64,000 nucleotides of DNA from Tubiluchus corallicola. Taxonomy: Eukaryota; Animalia; Priapulida. A program made the translations under genes and the position numbers. Below are positions 12,370-25,900 of this stretch, piece by piece. The stretch spans positions 186,001 through 250,000 of the forward strand of contig JAQGDQ010000300.1 in NCBI GenBank assembly GCA_030141605.1, read 5' to 3'. The notes under the pieces are model-generated. The model saw nothing but the letters and a program-made list of their open reading frames with translations. It was not told the origin of the DNA and searched no databases. Every line of letters starts with the position of its first letter. Positions within the stretch are counted from its first letter, which is position 1.

Positions 12370-14528
12370 ACCCACACATCCACCCACCCACACATATGTA
12401 TGTATGTATATACGTATATACGACAAGCTCCACTGAACTCGAATTTCTAATGAGGAGGATACTGCTCAGGAGGAGCTTGTCCAGCTGCAGCAAGATACAG
12501 GAGCAAAGGTTCTTGCACAGTCACTTTCACTGCCATCATATTGGCTGAAAATGTTCCTTCATACCCAACCCTGGCAAGGCATGCCATCATAGTTTTGATG
12601 CCATATCCTTCGGCCTATTTATGTGAACAGTCATTCTCTACTATGATGGTTTGTCAAAAACAAGTACAGAAATCAACTACAATTGGAACACAATACGATT
12701 CTGGCACTGTCAGCTACGGCACTTCGAATTGAGAAGTTGGTCTCGGAAAATCAAGCTCGACCTTCTCACTAATTACAACCGTGTTATAACTAATTGTTAA
12801 TATTTAAAACATTTCAAAACAAATATTTGTGTGCAGTTATAAAAAGGCCTTTTGATGCACATAGTCTGATCTGTTTAATAAGTATCAAAGTTAGTTTTGA
12901 ATGATTGGGGTCGCACAGCGTGGGCAGCTGATGCAAATCGGTCACCAACAGAGAAACGTTGAAAACCAGTGCCATAAACACATACATTTACATATAATTA
13001 TGTTTGCATGTGTTTTTATGTACATGCTTTTCTAAAATACTGTTTTTACCTGGCGAAGCTTTGACATGGCATCAGGTGATATAAATTCATTTTTCACAAA
13101 TTTCAGAATGAAGCACATCACTTGAAACTGGCTCTCTCCAAGCTCCTCTTCACCTAATGTCAATACCTTGAATATCTGAACTTCCTAGAATTCACAGAAA
13201 ACTTCGTCTGAACAACATATATGTAACATTTGTGCGTTCACTAACAGAATCAATCACTGTCTGACTTTGTGTGTGCATGACTGAATGACAAAGAAAGTTA
13301 AGCAGTGCCAAACCTGATTAGTAGTAGATAGATGGGTGACTATTTTTAAAACTGCTTCAATGTGATTTTCTTAGCCATGTGGCCTGTGATTGTTTCTTCT
13401 AGTGAATGTGATTAAGACAATACTACCAATTCAGCATCTTGCCTTAGAGGTTTTCCTTGATAATGAGTTCTGGTCCTGCCACAACAGTTGAACATTAGTA
13501 ATGACTCAGATACTCACAGAACAGTTCAGAAAAAAGTGCCACTCAAGATGAAGTAAGGTAAAAGAATTGGGATACGATCCAGAGGCAAAATGCTGTTTGA
13601 GTCATATAAATTAAAGGTTTTATGAGTTTTACCCATGCTTCTACTGAATAACATCTTTCTGCTTGCTTGAAACCAGCTACATATCCTACTTAGCCTAGCT
13701 AGCAGTTTCTCTTTTGTTAACATTTAAGTCCAGGCAGCTGTTAAACAATAAACTGTTTGCTATAGCAGGTCAGGTTGCCATAGCAACAGGTTGCAGCAAA
13801 ATTCCTTGATAAAGTTTGCTCCCTGGTCTTGCTTGATCAGATGGCTAGCATTTATAGTGGTCAGTCAGGAAGCAAAAATGTATACTGGCATTATAATTGC
13901 ACTGCTTATGTTACTAGTGCACTTTTAGAACAGTATATTGCAATACGTACTGTTTCAATGCATCAAATTAGGTAAAAAAGTTGTTGATAAAATAAAAATT
14001 GGCTTCAAGCAAAGTAAAAAAAAACGTCGTTAAAACGAAACAGTGCGTCTTTAAGTGAAAAAAAGGCGTCAAATGTCCATCATAGTTAGAACGAAACGCT
14101 GCTAAATGGGAAGTCGTTAAGCGAGGACTTACAGTATAGGTAACCTGTGTAACAATGTGTGACTTATGAGGCCCTCAATTGTGGTCAGACAGATATATTG
14201 TAAATGTTTTTCTGCATTGCCATCTGGCATCAATCCAGTACTTAATTATCAAATTAACAGGCGTACCTTTAAAATAATAACTCATATTAATAAATAAAAA
14301 TTCTTATTAACTTACCGATTTAAAATCAACAAATTGTGTTACAAGCGTTCCATCTGTATTTTTAAAATCCAGCAGTATAGTTTCACTTGTTACATTGGCT
14401 TCAATAGCCTCTTGCAGAACTTCGCCACCTTTATTTTTTATATTTATGACCAAGTTGTCAGCACAGTCACTGCAGCAAGCCAGCAAGCAGAACAAACATA
14501 ACACAGAGACCAGGTGATCTACCTCCAT
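8155..14528 (-). CDS. OAF: Out at first homolog (secreted BRICHOS-related protein), spliced, about 269 aa
   Basis: Exons 14528-14316, 13184-13050, 9699-9522 and 8438-8155, all GT-AG and phase-consistent. Signal peptide plus OAF motifs LGEEELGESQFQVMCF, DAMSKLRQKNPGTIR, WYPCGLKYC, YRCGIKTCKKC and CLWDE. Confidence 0.95.
8894..9475 (+). mobile_element. Kolobok-like MITE family A, copy 1 (OAF intron 3)
   Basis: Starts TTAA-AGTAAAACTGGA. About 560 bp alignable to the copies at 20497, 38076, 41363 and 58458. Confidence 0.8.
9522..9699 (-). CDS. OAF: OAF coding exon 3 (KNPGTIRNPEEEKG...SDLKFLSK)
   Basis: TATAG acceptor, GTTAGG donor, 178 nt. Confidence 0.9.
10418..11966 (-). mobile_element. 5'-truncated CR1-group (CR1/L2/Crack-like) LINE with open RT C-terminal frame
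   Basis: ORF 10933-11958 has GVPQGSNLGPLLFLIYINDL, FADDT, KYLG and LWNSLP. The 3' UTR ends in AATAAA plus a (TCTATG)n tail at about 10420-10445. Confidence 0.92.
12115..12971 (+). mobile_element. Internally deleted hAT (Buster/Charlie-type) DNA transposon
   Basis: TIRs CTGTGGTTTTCCAACCTT and AAACGTTGAAAACCAGTG. Near-TSD ctgTAaac/ccaTAaac. Frameshifted transposase C-terminus at 12430-12771 (YPTLARHAIIVLMPYPSAYLCEQSFS...KNKYRNQL...QARPSH*). Contains a (CA)n tract. Confidence 0.88.
13050..13184 (-). CDS. OAF: OAF coding exon 2 (EVQIFKVLTLGEEELG...DAMSKLRQ)
   Basis: TTCTAG acceptor, GTAAAA donor, 135 nt, phase 0/0. Confidence 0.92.
13294..13342 (+). mobile_element. 5S-rRNA-derived segment, probable SINE3 remnant
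   Basis: aagttaagcagtgccaaacctgattagtagtagatagatgggtgact resembles the 5S internal control region (AAGTTAAGCAG...GGTTAGTACTTGGATGGGAGACC). Not a complete 5S gene. Confidence 0.45.
14020..14136 (+). mobile_element. Tigger/pogo-like MITE 3' end
   Basis: gtcgttaagcgaggacttacagta resembles a Tigger-type terminus. Confidence 0.4.
14316..14528 (-). CDS. OAF: OAF coding exon 1 (MEVDHLVSVLC...FVDFKS)
   Basis: ATG at 14528, donor GTAAG at 14315. An acceptor at 14570 implies an upstream 5' UTR exon. Confidence 0.9.
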
Positions 14529-14902
14529 CTATACGGTGTGATAAAATTCATCACAGATGTTAAATCTTGCTGAAGTCAATAAACAAAAATGGTAGATCAG
14601 TGTCCACTACCAGAAACTGCCATCTTGCTGCACACGGACAGCCTGAAACCATTAAATGACAAATAAGTTAAACTACCCAAAAAACATTCTATTACGTATA
14701 AGCTCATTTCATGAGATACACATAAATTAGTTGCTTCAGCAAGCAGTCCACTAGAGGTATACCAATATACGTATGGCGGGTCCATTAATTATGTAATTAG
14801 AAAATTACTAAAAGATAAAATTGATCTAGGATTATTTTTATGAAGAGTTAATAATTTTGAATTATTTACAGCCCTTAGAGAGATGTACCAAATTTTGTGA
14901 GC

Positions 14903-14903
<1 letters not shown>

Positions 14904-14958
<55 letters not shown>
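14904..14958. repeat. (GA)n microsatellite
   Basis: Read directly. Confidence 0.95.
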
Positions 14959-14960
<2 letters not shown>

Positions 14961-16039
14961 CTGTGCTGTGGTAGTCACGCTTTTTGGTCATATAGACATA
15001 TTTCCGTTTACCTCTACCATGCAATGAGTGTATGCATATGGCAATTTATTACTACGCTTAATAATGAAACTTATTTGACATTCGCAGTTCAGACTGTCTG
15101 CATCATGAAAACTTGTACAGCTGCTGTAACTGGTTGTTTTAACGCACGATGCTTAGTCAAATATAAGGTGCACATACTGTAGGACAATGTAGGTAGCTCA
15201 ATAAAGCCAGTAACATGGTGTTTGGAAGATGCTTTAGTTAGTTGCAATGATTACAAAGATCAGGCTTCTTTGTCAACTCTCCAAGCAGGCATTTATTACA
15301 CTAGTGAATAGCTGCAGCAGTCTGCACCAATGAACTTTCCTAGCAACTGTTCATGAAAATGATGCAGTTAATTTTGCTGGAAAATTGCAGAGTGGATTAA
15401 ATGTGCAAAGCAAAACAGATACACACTTTTCACCAAAGTATCACTCAGACTAACACCCGAAAGCAACGAGTAATCAGTAAAGGCCTGCCCCGCTAAAGCA
15501 AAAGTAGTCAGTAACAAAAAATTTCATTACAATTTTTCCGAAGAAATAAGCAATCATGACCATTCAGAATTGTCAATGAGTATGTATTTAAAAATGAAGA
15601 CCTAACATTTAAAGGCATTAATGAAATACTTTTCAGGCTGCATCCACTTGCAACTACAAAATACAATTTACAAACCATCAAATTCTACAGAAATAATACA
15701 AAACTCATTATACCGCATATTCGGCACACAGATCCCTTTTAAACTCACATACACGATTATGTTGAAAGTTCCACACTAAAAAAAGTAAAATTTAATATTA
15801 TAATAACATGCCAATGGCTGCTCATGTTCCAACTGTTCGCTTACTGTAACTGCAATTATGGACCATTTTAGGTGAAAAGTTGAAAACATCAATAAACGAA
15901 ATCTTTTAGGAGCACTACTAATTGTTACAGATGATTTCGAGCAAGAGTTAAGCTAAAATACCGGAAGTTATAAAATTTTAGATAATCACACTCATACAAT
16001 TGCACATAGTTTAGCACTTCTTTACAATCTACTCGTGTG

Positions 16040-16300
16040 CGGTCCCTTCTCATATTCATTTTAAATTTATCGACAGATGATGCATTGACAGTATCAAGTT
16101 GAGAGTGAGCTCCATGGATGGGCCAAACAAGAGGGGTAAAAAATGAAAACATCCATGGTTGGTTCGTCTATATTCCATGAAGAGTTTGGAATCATGACCT
16201 TGTTGTTCTCTGCATGGTCTTGAGAAAAAGTCTCGTTATTGTAAAATCGCTCCTTTCATAATTGACAAGGTCAGCAGTACATCGAATACAGAATAGTGCC
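16040..16300 (-). mobile_element. Degenerate CR1 LINE ORF2 3' fragment
   Basis: Frameshifted GHDSKLF, PWSSL and TVNASSVDKFK match the CR1 C-terminal motifs RGHxxKL, WNxLP and SVxxFK. Confidence 0.55.
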
Positions 16301-17068
16301 TACAATTTGCAAGAAGGATGTGACGATTGATCGGATCTATTGTTCATTATCAAAGTAGTAATAATAATAATAATTAATTTAATAATTACTAATGTTATAA
16401 TAATTTTTATTATAAAAAGAAGAAATAGGAGTAATTTCAAACTTATTCAGGCACTTTCACAGTTTTCACACTTGTCCAGTACATGATCATATTTGGTATA
16501 AAATAAATTAAATGCAACAACATGTACGCATGCAGAAAACTAAAACATTGTCGAAAAGTGGAAATTTTGTTTTCATAACTCTATTAAAAAGGCTTTCAAC
16601 AAACTCTGTGGCCATGAACTTGCTGATATATTCATAGTAGAGAACTGGAAACTGTGTGTATTAAAACACTCACGGGAAACTTGCAAAACGTTTTTTACAA
16701 TTTCCATCGTCACGTTCAATGTGCAACTGTGATTAATTGACTGAATATAGCTTTTGCGAGCATGAGAAGCAATCATGTTTATAGGAAATGATATACCTTT
16801 TTCTAGTGTCTATTAGGGATTCGACTCCTTTATTTAAAATATTAAGAATCTAAATATTGCAAAAGCATACGAAATTTTAGTGATGGAATATAATATTTTT
16901 GACACATTGTTCACTGTACATCAAGCAGCACATAAAGTACTCTCCTTCTAAGCCTTTATTTCTGTCATTTGATACTGTTTTGACCCCGCCAAGTCCTTTA
17001 CACCCAACACTTCTCGTGTCTGATTTCTTGTTCGTGTTGTTGTCTGAAATCTGATCATGGAATCTCAC

Positions 17069-17571
17069 CTGGAATCTGATCATGATCAAAAAACCTTTTC
17101 GTGCACTTGAAATGAATGGTACCAAATTTCTCTCTCCTTTAATTTGTGCTCACATAAACTTCAGTGCACAAGTTTATACTAAAGATCTTAGTACCTTGGA
17201 AATCAAAATTGCACCACAGTTTGCAATGAAGGCTTTCCCTCCAGACTCCAACCGTCCGAAGTTCGAACTAAGCAATATACTGTTATAAACAAAATCGAAT
17301 AAACTTAATGACATGCTTTATAAACTTGCGTGGCAAGTCTCCGCTTTGTGCTAAATCAAACGTTTGCTTCGTACTTCTGAGTTCTGAGCTGTAAAATGTT
17401 TTTGTTAATAATTAAGTTTTGTAAATTTTTGATAAATGATTAGTATAAACTATCCGTTGTAGTAACGCGTATTATTCGCCAGTTTTCTGCCAATTAATGG
17501 TATGTTGCCCACATTCTTTTTATTATCAAATTAATTGGACAACTTTATTTGGCATGCGTTGTACAGTAAGT
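17069..17571. promoter_or_regulatory. Candidate bidirectional promoter with first non-coding exons of OAF (-) and USF3 (+)
   Basis: Minus-strand donor CAG|GTGAGA at 17068 and plus-strand donor CA|GTAAGT at 17566 point outward. The sequence between them is richer in CpG than the flanking introns. Both genes have acceptors upstream of their ATG exons. Confidence 0.45.
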
Positions 17572-17789
17572 GTATGGTAAAACTAGCAATAACCTTACTA
17601 GTAATACATATTTTAAGTAATATAATAATCATCATAATCATTATTATTATTATAATCAGAACTAAGCTACTATAGATTTTTACTCAGGCCATTGTCTTTA
17701 CTTAACTCCACTTTTGACATTGGTCTGGTTAAATTCTGTTTTTGATGCTGTATACTATTATTAATTATTACTAATGTATAGTAAGTTGA

Positions 17790-19420
17790 ACGCCGCTAAC
17801 TCTCTACTAAAGAAGTCCGTCCAGGCTGAAATTGGTCACGGCTAAAATGCGAAGCATCAGTGGCACATCACACCTCAACGTTTGATGAATTCCAGTCACT
17901 GGCAGTCCTGAATATAAATCTGTTTCTGCATCTGGGATTAATAGTTTTATAATCCACCTCGTGGATTAATAATGAAATATCAACGTGGATGTACTTTAGC
18001 CAAGTTGTCTTTGATGTGAAATTCCATAATTAGGTCACCCTTTCTGTCTCAGTGAGTGGAGTTTTAACATCCTTATCCATTCTGAATTTGTTAGCTGTTG
18101 TTAACTTATTTAGCTTATATGTTAACTTAAATTGCTTATGTATATATATATAGCTTTATAACATAGCTTTATGTTGGATCAATTTCACTTTCGGGTCATT
18201 GCACCTCAAATCACCCAATATTTTTTCTGATAAACACCCCTATGTCACAGATTTTAATGCAATTTGGTGTGTTGGTTTGGCTTAAGAAATGCAAAAAGCC
18301 AAATTTTTAGCGAAATTGGGCCAATGGTTCAAAAGTTATGGCCCTTTGAAAATGGCCGATAGGGCCAAAAATTGCCAAAATTGGCTTGACCTGCAATTTT
18401 TAAATGTTCATAACTCAAAATGTTTAAATCCAATTTTGAAGGGAGTGTTATCATTTTAAAGGGAATTCAATAAGCTTTCAGAATCTGCAACAAATCTTCA
18501 GATAGGTGGTGTCTGAATTTACAAGAACTTTTGACCTTCACTTTTCACTTGGAATGACCGTTCCTTGAGTGCATTCAGCTTGAATTTCATTCTGTAATCC
18601 AGGATAAGACAGCATATGGATACAGAGTGAGAAATATTGGTTATCTAGAAAGATAAGCTTTTAAGTTCTTTAAATTAACTGCAGTCTTTTTCTTTCTTTC
18701 TTGGTGACTTGAATGACAACTATTTATCCACATATACCTCAAAGTCCTTGTGGCACTTAGTCCGGTTATAATTCTCTATTCATCAGACATGACGTAGTCA
18801 AATTCAGATTTTCCATCCTGGTTGTTTCCTTGATGCAAAGTTTTACATGTACCATTGGCATTAAACTGCATTTGTCATTCTCTGAACGATACATCAGTTG
18901 TGATATCATGGTTCAATGTCGTGCAATCTTGAACCGACTTTATAGACTTATATCTTTACGTGTCATTGGCAAACATTTTAATTGTGAATGTCAGTTTATG
19001 TGGTAAGTTATTGGTATAGATAAGAAATAACAGAGGGCCACGCACACTGCCTTGTGGTAGTCCGACTACAGCAGCATTTGGTGATTTACCAGCATTGATT
19101 TTTACACATTGTGCCTGTGGTGTCAAAAATCTTGAATTCATGCCAGCTGTTATCAGATGTTCCATAAGCCTGCAGTTCCAATGAAAGTTTCCTGTGTGAA
19201 ATTTTGTCAAATGCTTTCTGAAGGTCGTAATATATCTCATCTACACCTATCCTTGTTCAATTGAAGCTTGTCAGTCAGTCATGTACCTGTGCAGTTCTTT
19301 ACAATCATGATCATGGTAAATTTGCCAAAATAATTGTTGCCTATTGCTGACTGTGATTCACGGAGTCAAAGAACTTCAAAAATCTAAATAAACTACATCT
19401 ACTTTCACATGGGATTTGTC
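17790..19420 (-). mobile_element. Degenerate CR1 LINE interrupted by a MITE
   Basis: GLPQGSVRGPLLFLIYTNNLP...KMFANDT at 18956-19240. GDLI-like and DWNS motifs at about 17890-18080. Confidence 0.75.
18193..18560. mobile_element. MITE with GGGTCATT termini and 3-bp TSD
   Basis: TTC|GGGTCATTGCAC ... CTTGGAATGACCG|TTC. Confidence 0.7.
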
Positions 19421-19932
19421 ACACAGCAGTGTTTAATTGATACTTTGATTAGCTTAATGGAACATAATTTACTATTACCACTGTGAACCTGTAAGTCTTT
19501 TTTGGTTTTCACTGTATCAGATTCTCACTGTAACAAGATTTAGCTAATCCTGTTCTTGAATTGTGATTAATGGATATGGGCTTATGGTTTATGGTTATCC
19601 AAGACTGGCGATTCCTTTTCCAGTATAGGCGTACTATTGGCAGTAAGCCAGTCTTGTGACAACGCTGAACTTTCCAGCAATCTGGTATAGAAAAAATGCA
19701 GAATTTAGCAATTTTGATCATGAAACTGCAAATCATTATAGAAACCATTATCAATGATACTAAACATAAACATAAAATGCGTGTATTTAACTGAAATATT
19801 TGTGCTGTAGAATTTTAGACCAGAAAATTTCAAATTCAATAATTTGATTACAGTTGTGCTTAAGTAAATGCAAAGTACCGTAACTTGGTTTTTATTTTTA
19901 TTTGTTTAGAAATCTGCAGTGAAGCCATCATA

Positions 19933-19949
19933 ATGGGAAAGCTGACAAG
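19933..19949 (+). CDS. USF3: USF3 probable first coding exon (MGKLT)
   Basis: Acceptor TTTAG at 19909, ATG in good context (ATAATGG), phase-2 donor GTAAAA matching the next exon. Confidence 0.65.
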
Positions 19950-22900
19950 GTAAAACTAGTAAACATTAAAATAAATCTATGTTTGAAACTAAGAACAATA
20001 GTTTACTATAATTTACTTAAGTTTCTGATTACTATCCAGATATGAATGTGACATTACTTAGATCGGCAAAATTTTTGTCAAACACAAATTTGGAGCTGTA
20101 TTTTGAATGGTATTGCATTTTCTGTTTCACTATAACTTCTTCATTGATTTCTATGTGAGATTGCGGTGTGTATGGAGAGATTTGCTGTGCGGATACAGAC
20201 AATTTCTTGTAATCTTATGTGTCGTATGCTTGAACCACTGTTTATCAAACTTTCTCATAAGTTTAATTTTTTCAGCTACTTACTAGCTGCACTTAAATTT
20301 TTTTGTCTCGTTTATATGAGCATTTCCTAGTCAACAAAACTGTTTGGCTCAGCTGTATATATCACCGTACGTAGATCTTTAAATAGCTTTAATTTTAGAA
20401 ATTCATAATAAGTAGTACTTTGTGATGTAATTTAGATCCCACAAACACATGACTGAAGTGTTTCAACTATTTTCCATGGATAAGTTATATACTTTATTAG
20501 AGGAAAACCAGACCCCATCTTAAACAGTCTACTCTATATTTCAAGAATTCTGTACCTGAAAGAATTATTACCATAGAATCGTAATTTCGCATTCACATGG
20601 CCAGTTCCTTGTTGTTACATGCATTTTGCCATTCGCCACTATCGCCTGCATCTCGGAAATGCGTGTTCAAAAGACAAGTGCTGTACCTCTCAGAGCAGAG
20701 GTGTGACGTTGTGCACACTTTTGAGAGCTCATGTGTGAGCATAGCGTTAAATTTGAAATTAATAATTTTAAACTTAAAATTTGCCAAGTTTTAAATTGTG
20801 TATCACACTGAATGTCATACAGTAGCAATGTACTTCAATTTTCACTTTTGCAAACACTTGCCACACGCTCGTGGAATGTTTGTGCTACTGAAAATTATGT
20901 TCAGTTGTGATGTCAGTACTCGTTGGGCTCGCTCGCCATTAATTAAATTTTTAACTTATTATTTAATTGCCAGAAACACTTTGGCATTGTTATAGGTCTT
21001 GAAATGTATGCTATTACCGTACTTCAAAATATGGTAGGATATGAGAAATCATCCTGTTTTCCTTTAATTTCTCTAAATTTACAAATTGCCAAGTTTATAA
21101 TTCCAGTCCTTGCTTAAAATTTCCGTCACATATTACAATCATGCAAACTGTAGCCTATCAAAAACATAAAGTTGCTTTTATTAATGGTAATCAACCTCAT
21201 GATGTTACAATGTAAGACGTGGCTTTTCTTACAGTGAGAAAGAGAAGAAGTCGCACAATTTAACGGAGAAAGAGAGGAAGGACAAAATCAGAAATGCAAT
21301 TAATAAGCTTGGCACTTTACTACCGGATGCATATTTGCATGTTGGAGAAAGAAAAAGGGTAAGAGAAGTGATTGTGTTTTTGAAGCTTTAAGAAAGCCTT
21401 AAGTAATTGTTTCATTTGATGCTTAAATACTATCACTGCTTTTATTTTATCAAAGCAGTGATGCTGCAGTGTGACTGCAGCTTAACTAGATTAATGACAT
21501 TCACGTTTTGTGACATGCAACATTTTATTAAATAAGCCAGGATCAGTAAGTGGTCCTGTTCCTGAAAATAACTATTTTGTATTAACGGGCAATGCATACA
21601 GATGTTATAAGAACAATATGGACATTTAAAAACAGTTTTCAATCATGTTAACGTGCCTGCATTTTTGTGCATACTTTTCAGAATATGCTGCAGATTCTTG
21701 AAGCTTCTTTAGAATATGTTGCTTTAATTAAAGAAAAAAATGAGCACTTCCTTGAGGAAAAACTTGATGAGGCAGTTGGTGAGTTGGCATTTTAGGTTTT
21801 TTTATCAATGCTTATTTCTCCAAATAATAACTTCTCTTTGGTTGTATGTTTGTAATATCTATGTAAGTGAAATTGCAATACTTGAGTATTTCATAAATGT
21901 AAATTTCGATGTCGTACATGTGCCAGGGTTTTAGGGTTGAGGAAAAGTGGCCAAAACTCAGGTCTCTTCTGACCAGGAAGCCCCTCATCTTAAGCACCTG
22001 CAAAAAAGTTTTTGACGTTCTTGCATATAAACTATGTAACATTTATTATTGGTTGGGGTAAAATGTTCAGAGTGCTCATCTCTACTCACATTGTTGTGTC
22101 ACTGGAAAATACGTCTTTGTCAACATGGACATGGCTTTAGTCTACCTTTTTGATTAATGGTAAAAAACAATAACAAACGTGATGATTTGCACTATAAATT
22201 ATATTGACGCATGTTTTTGCTTTAAGATATCAGAAGTTTTATAATGTAATTTACGATAAAACAATGAACTTGCGACCCAATGTCTATATCCTTGCAGTTT
22301 GTTTTTTTCCTGTAGACTATAATATACCTAGTTTAAGAATCAATAACAGATAATAAAAAACCTGTGGACTGCGAATTGTAGCTCACGCAAGGGCATATTC
22401 TTCCAATAAAAACAAATCTACCTCCACTTTCACCATACTTTAAAACAGAGTGCTTTATTCTTATTGAGACCATTGAGGACATGTGCGTGGTTAATCTAAA
22501 AGTGCAGATTTTGTAACTCTTTGGAAAAATAAGCACTGAAGAAAAATTGAGTTGTGTGAAAATGTTGTTGACATCCAGGACAAGTCACGAAAAACTACAA
22601 GTTTTTGGATTTGAGTGTTCATTGTTATCATTGATCATAAAAACATGGGAGTATCTATTGTAATCAATAAATTTGTGTAGTTAATTGTTACATTGTCTGA
22701 ATAAACCTTTCTAGACTGGTGACAGTGAGTATTTGCAAAATATAAATCTTCAAAAAAACTAAAATATAGGTAGGTACATCTTCGACCATAATTTTGCACT
22801 TTGCATTGTTTTTTTGGTGGATGGTGCATCATTATGATTGTTTCAGGTATTTATGCACTTCAATTTCTGATCACTTTAAAATGCATATATTCATTATTTT

Positions 22901-25900
22901 TTCTAACTTTGAAAACATGGATGAACCCGACATTTTTGGTCTTTGCTGGAGATTGAGTTTGTGAGAATTTGAATTCTTGATACAAAGATGTGAAAAAAAG
23001 TGTTTTGTGTTTTTGTAATTCTTAAACCTCACAATTAATTAAAATAATTACTTTTTTATTTCAGCCATAGAAATACGAGGCCTGCAGAATGAGATTGAAA
23101 AACTTAAGAAATGCCTTAATCAGACAGAAACACTGTTAAATCAAACTAGAATGGATGTAAAGAAATGCACATGTGTTAAACAGTCAAAGGTTGGCACAGC
23201 TACCAGTAGCACCATCGGATTTGCTGATTCAACAAATCAAAATTTGTTTTCAAAATGTAAGACTAAAAAGAGTAGAAAAGACAATACAGTAGCTGCACAC
23301 ATTGCTGAAAGTTCCAAGCACACAGTGTCTAGCAATGGTCATCCAGGCTGTGCAGACGAATTTCAGCCTCCGACAATTATCGTCATGCCTAGCGGATATA
23401 TTGTTGTACCACCTCCAGCAAGTTCTGCTAGCACCCACCATGAACCCATCACGCCTGCGCCATGCAGCGGAAAACTTGATACACAAAACAAGGTTCAACT
23501 AACTGTTGATGTTGGAAATGGTGGAAGAATGGACAAAGGTGGCGTCGACAGCATTGTTCCTCAGACATTTTTAAACATGAATACCTTGCAACCATCATTT
23601 TCAGCTCCTCAAGTACAGTATCAGCCATCATTGTTGCAAAATCACCAAGCACCTATTGTCTATAATGTAATAACATCACCAGGTTTGATTGCAGGGAACA
23701 ATAGTATTGCGTCTGATCTTAAAAACCCAAAAGGCGAAATGAAAAAAACAGAAAGCGCTCAAGCTGATACACTTTCAAACGTTAGCACAAAGAGTGCGAT
23801 ACAGGAAAAACCCATTTCGTTAAGACTGTTGACACCTACTTCACAGCAGCTGAATGCTAGCATAGAAGGGGAACAAACAACAAATGCGACAAAAAATAAT
23901 GTCCAAAATGTAATTGCTAATGGCACAAACGGCACAGCCAAACCACCAACACTTGTTCAAATCCAGCCTCCTCAGCAGCAAATCATTATTGTTAATGACA
24001 ATGGAAACCCTGTTGCACAGAATCAGCCAACAGTTTTAATGTCCCCTTCAAGCCAGCTAATGTCCCCAAATGCTAGCAGCTTGGCATTAAATAAAACTTC
24101 TCTACAAGGAAACCAGTCTGTAAATTATCCAGCTATAAACCTGCAGGTACAGCCTTCTCATCAGGGTTTACTAAACCAAAATAATAAAGTGTTGCCAACA
24201 GTGAGTTTTCCACAGACACTAAATAAGACCATTGACAATCCTAGTTATATTCAAAATATTAGTGGACAAATAACACCTAATCTTATGTTGCCTGTTGTTA
24301 GTCACTCGGTAAACCAAGGATTAGCAAGCAATTCTAATTCAGTCACACCAACATCACTTGGTAGTGGTTTTCTTATTGTTAGTAACAAAGGCCAATGTTT
24401 GCCGCAGGCTTTATGGCTGCCTAATGGACAAATAATACCAGTTGTAACACAGGCAACAGGAACTAACCACAGCACTATGACTGTTAGTTTACCTGTTACA
24501 TTTGCCACCCAAAGTGCCACAGCCACAAAAACTCGCCTTAATGTAAGACAGCCCGCTAAAGCTACAAATATTGAAAATCTGGCATCATCAAAAACAACTG
24601 TGTTGTCTGATACAGTTGTTTTTAACCCAGCCACGAATCAATTAGCAAGCGGTGTTGTGGCACCAACGAATGTGGTCAATACAGTTACTACAAAAGTAAC
24701 AAGTAACATTATCAACTCAGAGTCGTTACCTTTGAATAGCACACATTGTCAAGGCGGCAGCCCTGTTAAAATTACACAGCAAAGAAAAATAAAACCAAAA
24801 CCTAATATTTTACAAACTGTTGCTCAGAAAACAGTTACTGCCAGTATTCCAAGTAAAATTGTCCAAACTGAAACAGAAGATATTTTGGCAAGGGCTACCA
24901 AGTCTATTTTCTCCACAGCAGATATGTCTCCTGTGCATATACAAGAACTTTCCGAAAACAGGCTTGAACTTAGTTTAGCAGCCGAAGTTACATGCAGCTC
25001 TCAACCATTGTCTACATCATCAACCTGTGTAACATCTATTACTGCTGCATCACCTGATAGCACTCAAATTGATGACACGAACAGACTTGGGCGCACTTCT
25101 CCTTCACTTGCTGCTTCAGATAAGTCAAAAATTCTTGAATCTCATGTCAATTTAGTTAAGGATGAAGCAAAGACTTTGGTGGATGAATTTGCTGTTGCTT
25201 GCAGTTCAAACTCGCAAAGCAAAGGCTCTGAGAAGCAATCCGGGAAGAAATCGTTGAAGAAAAAGCGAAAAGTGGAAGATGTAGACATCAGCAACTGCAC
25301 AAATTCAAAAAAGCAACCCAAGAGGTCCAAACCTTCTACGAAGAACGATGCAATAATATCTCATCACAAAGGTAAGGAGGAACATGACTCTTTACGTGAA
25401 ACGATAGTAAGTCTTGAAGCAGATACGGCATCTAAATCCGAGCAAAGTTTGCTTTTAGGTGACACTGCACCTGTTCTTGTTCAAACAACTGTAGGTGCAA
25501 CAACACAGAATTTAACTGTATCTAGCGAAGATAGAAATGCATTTTCTTCCTCTGAACAAACAACGCTTTCTACTGAAGCTGTGACATCGGCAAATCTAGC
25601 ATTGGCTCAAATGGAAACCAGTGCAGTTACTGTTGCGCAAATACTAAGTGTTCCACCTGTCCCAACTGCTAAGATAAACATTTCTCATTGTACTTCTGTG
25701 GACTCTGTAGGTGATAATTCAGTACCTGTTACATATGAAAAACAAACTGATAATTGCGTTTTTCAGCCCAATTATAGTATTCATTCATTCATGGAAAATG
25801 AAGTAGAAATTTCAGAATCAAATTCTATAACGACAGTAACCAATGAAAGCGAGCAACCTGTAGGGACTGCAAATTTGCCTTTGGCAAATGTGCAAGCTGA

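Noticed and set aside
13294-13342. 5S rRNA gene
   Set aside because: Only about 50 degenerate nucleotides resemble 5S.
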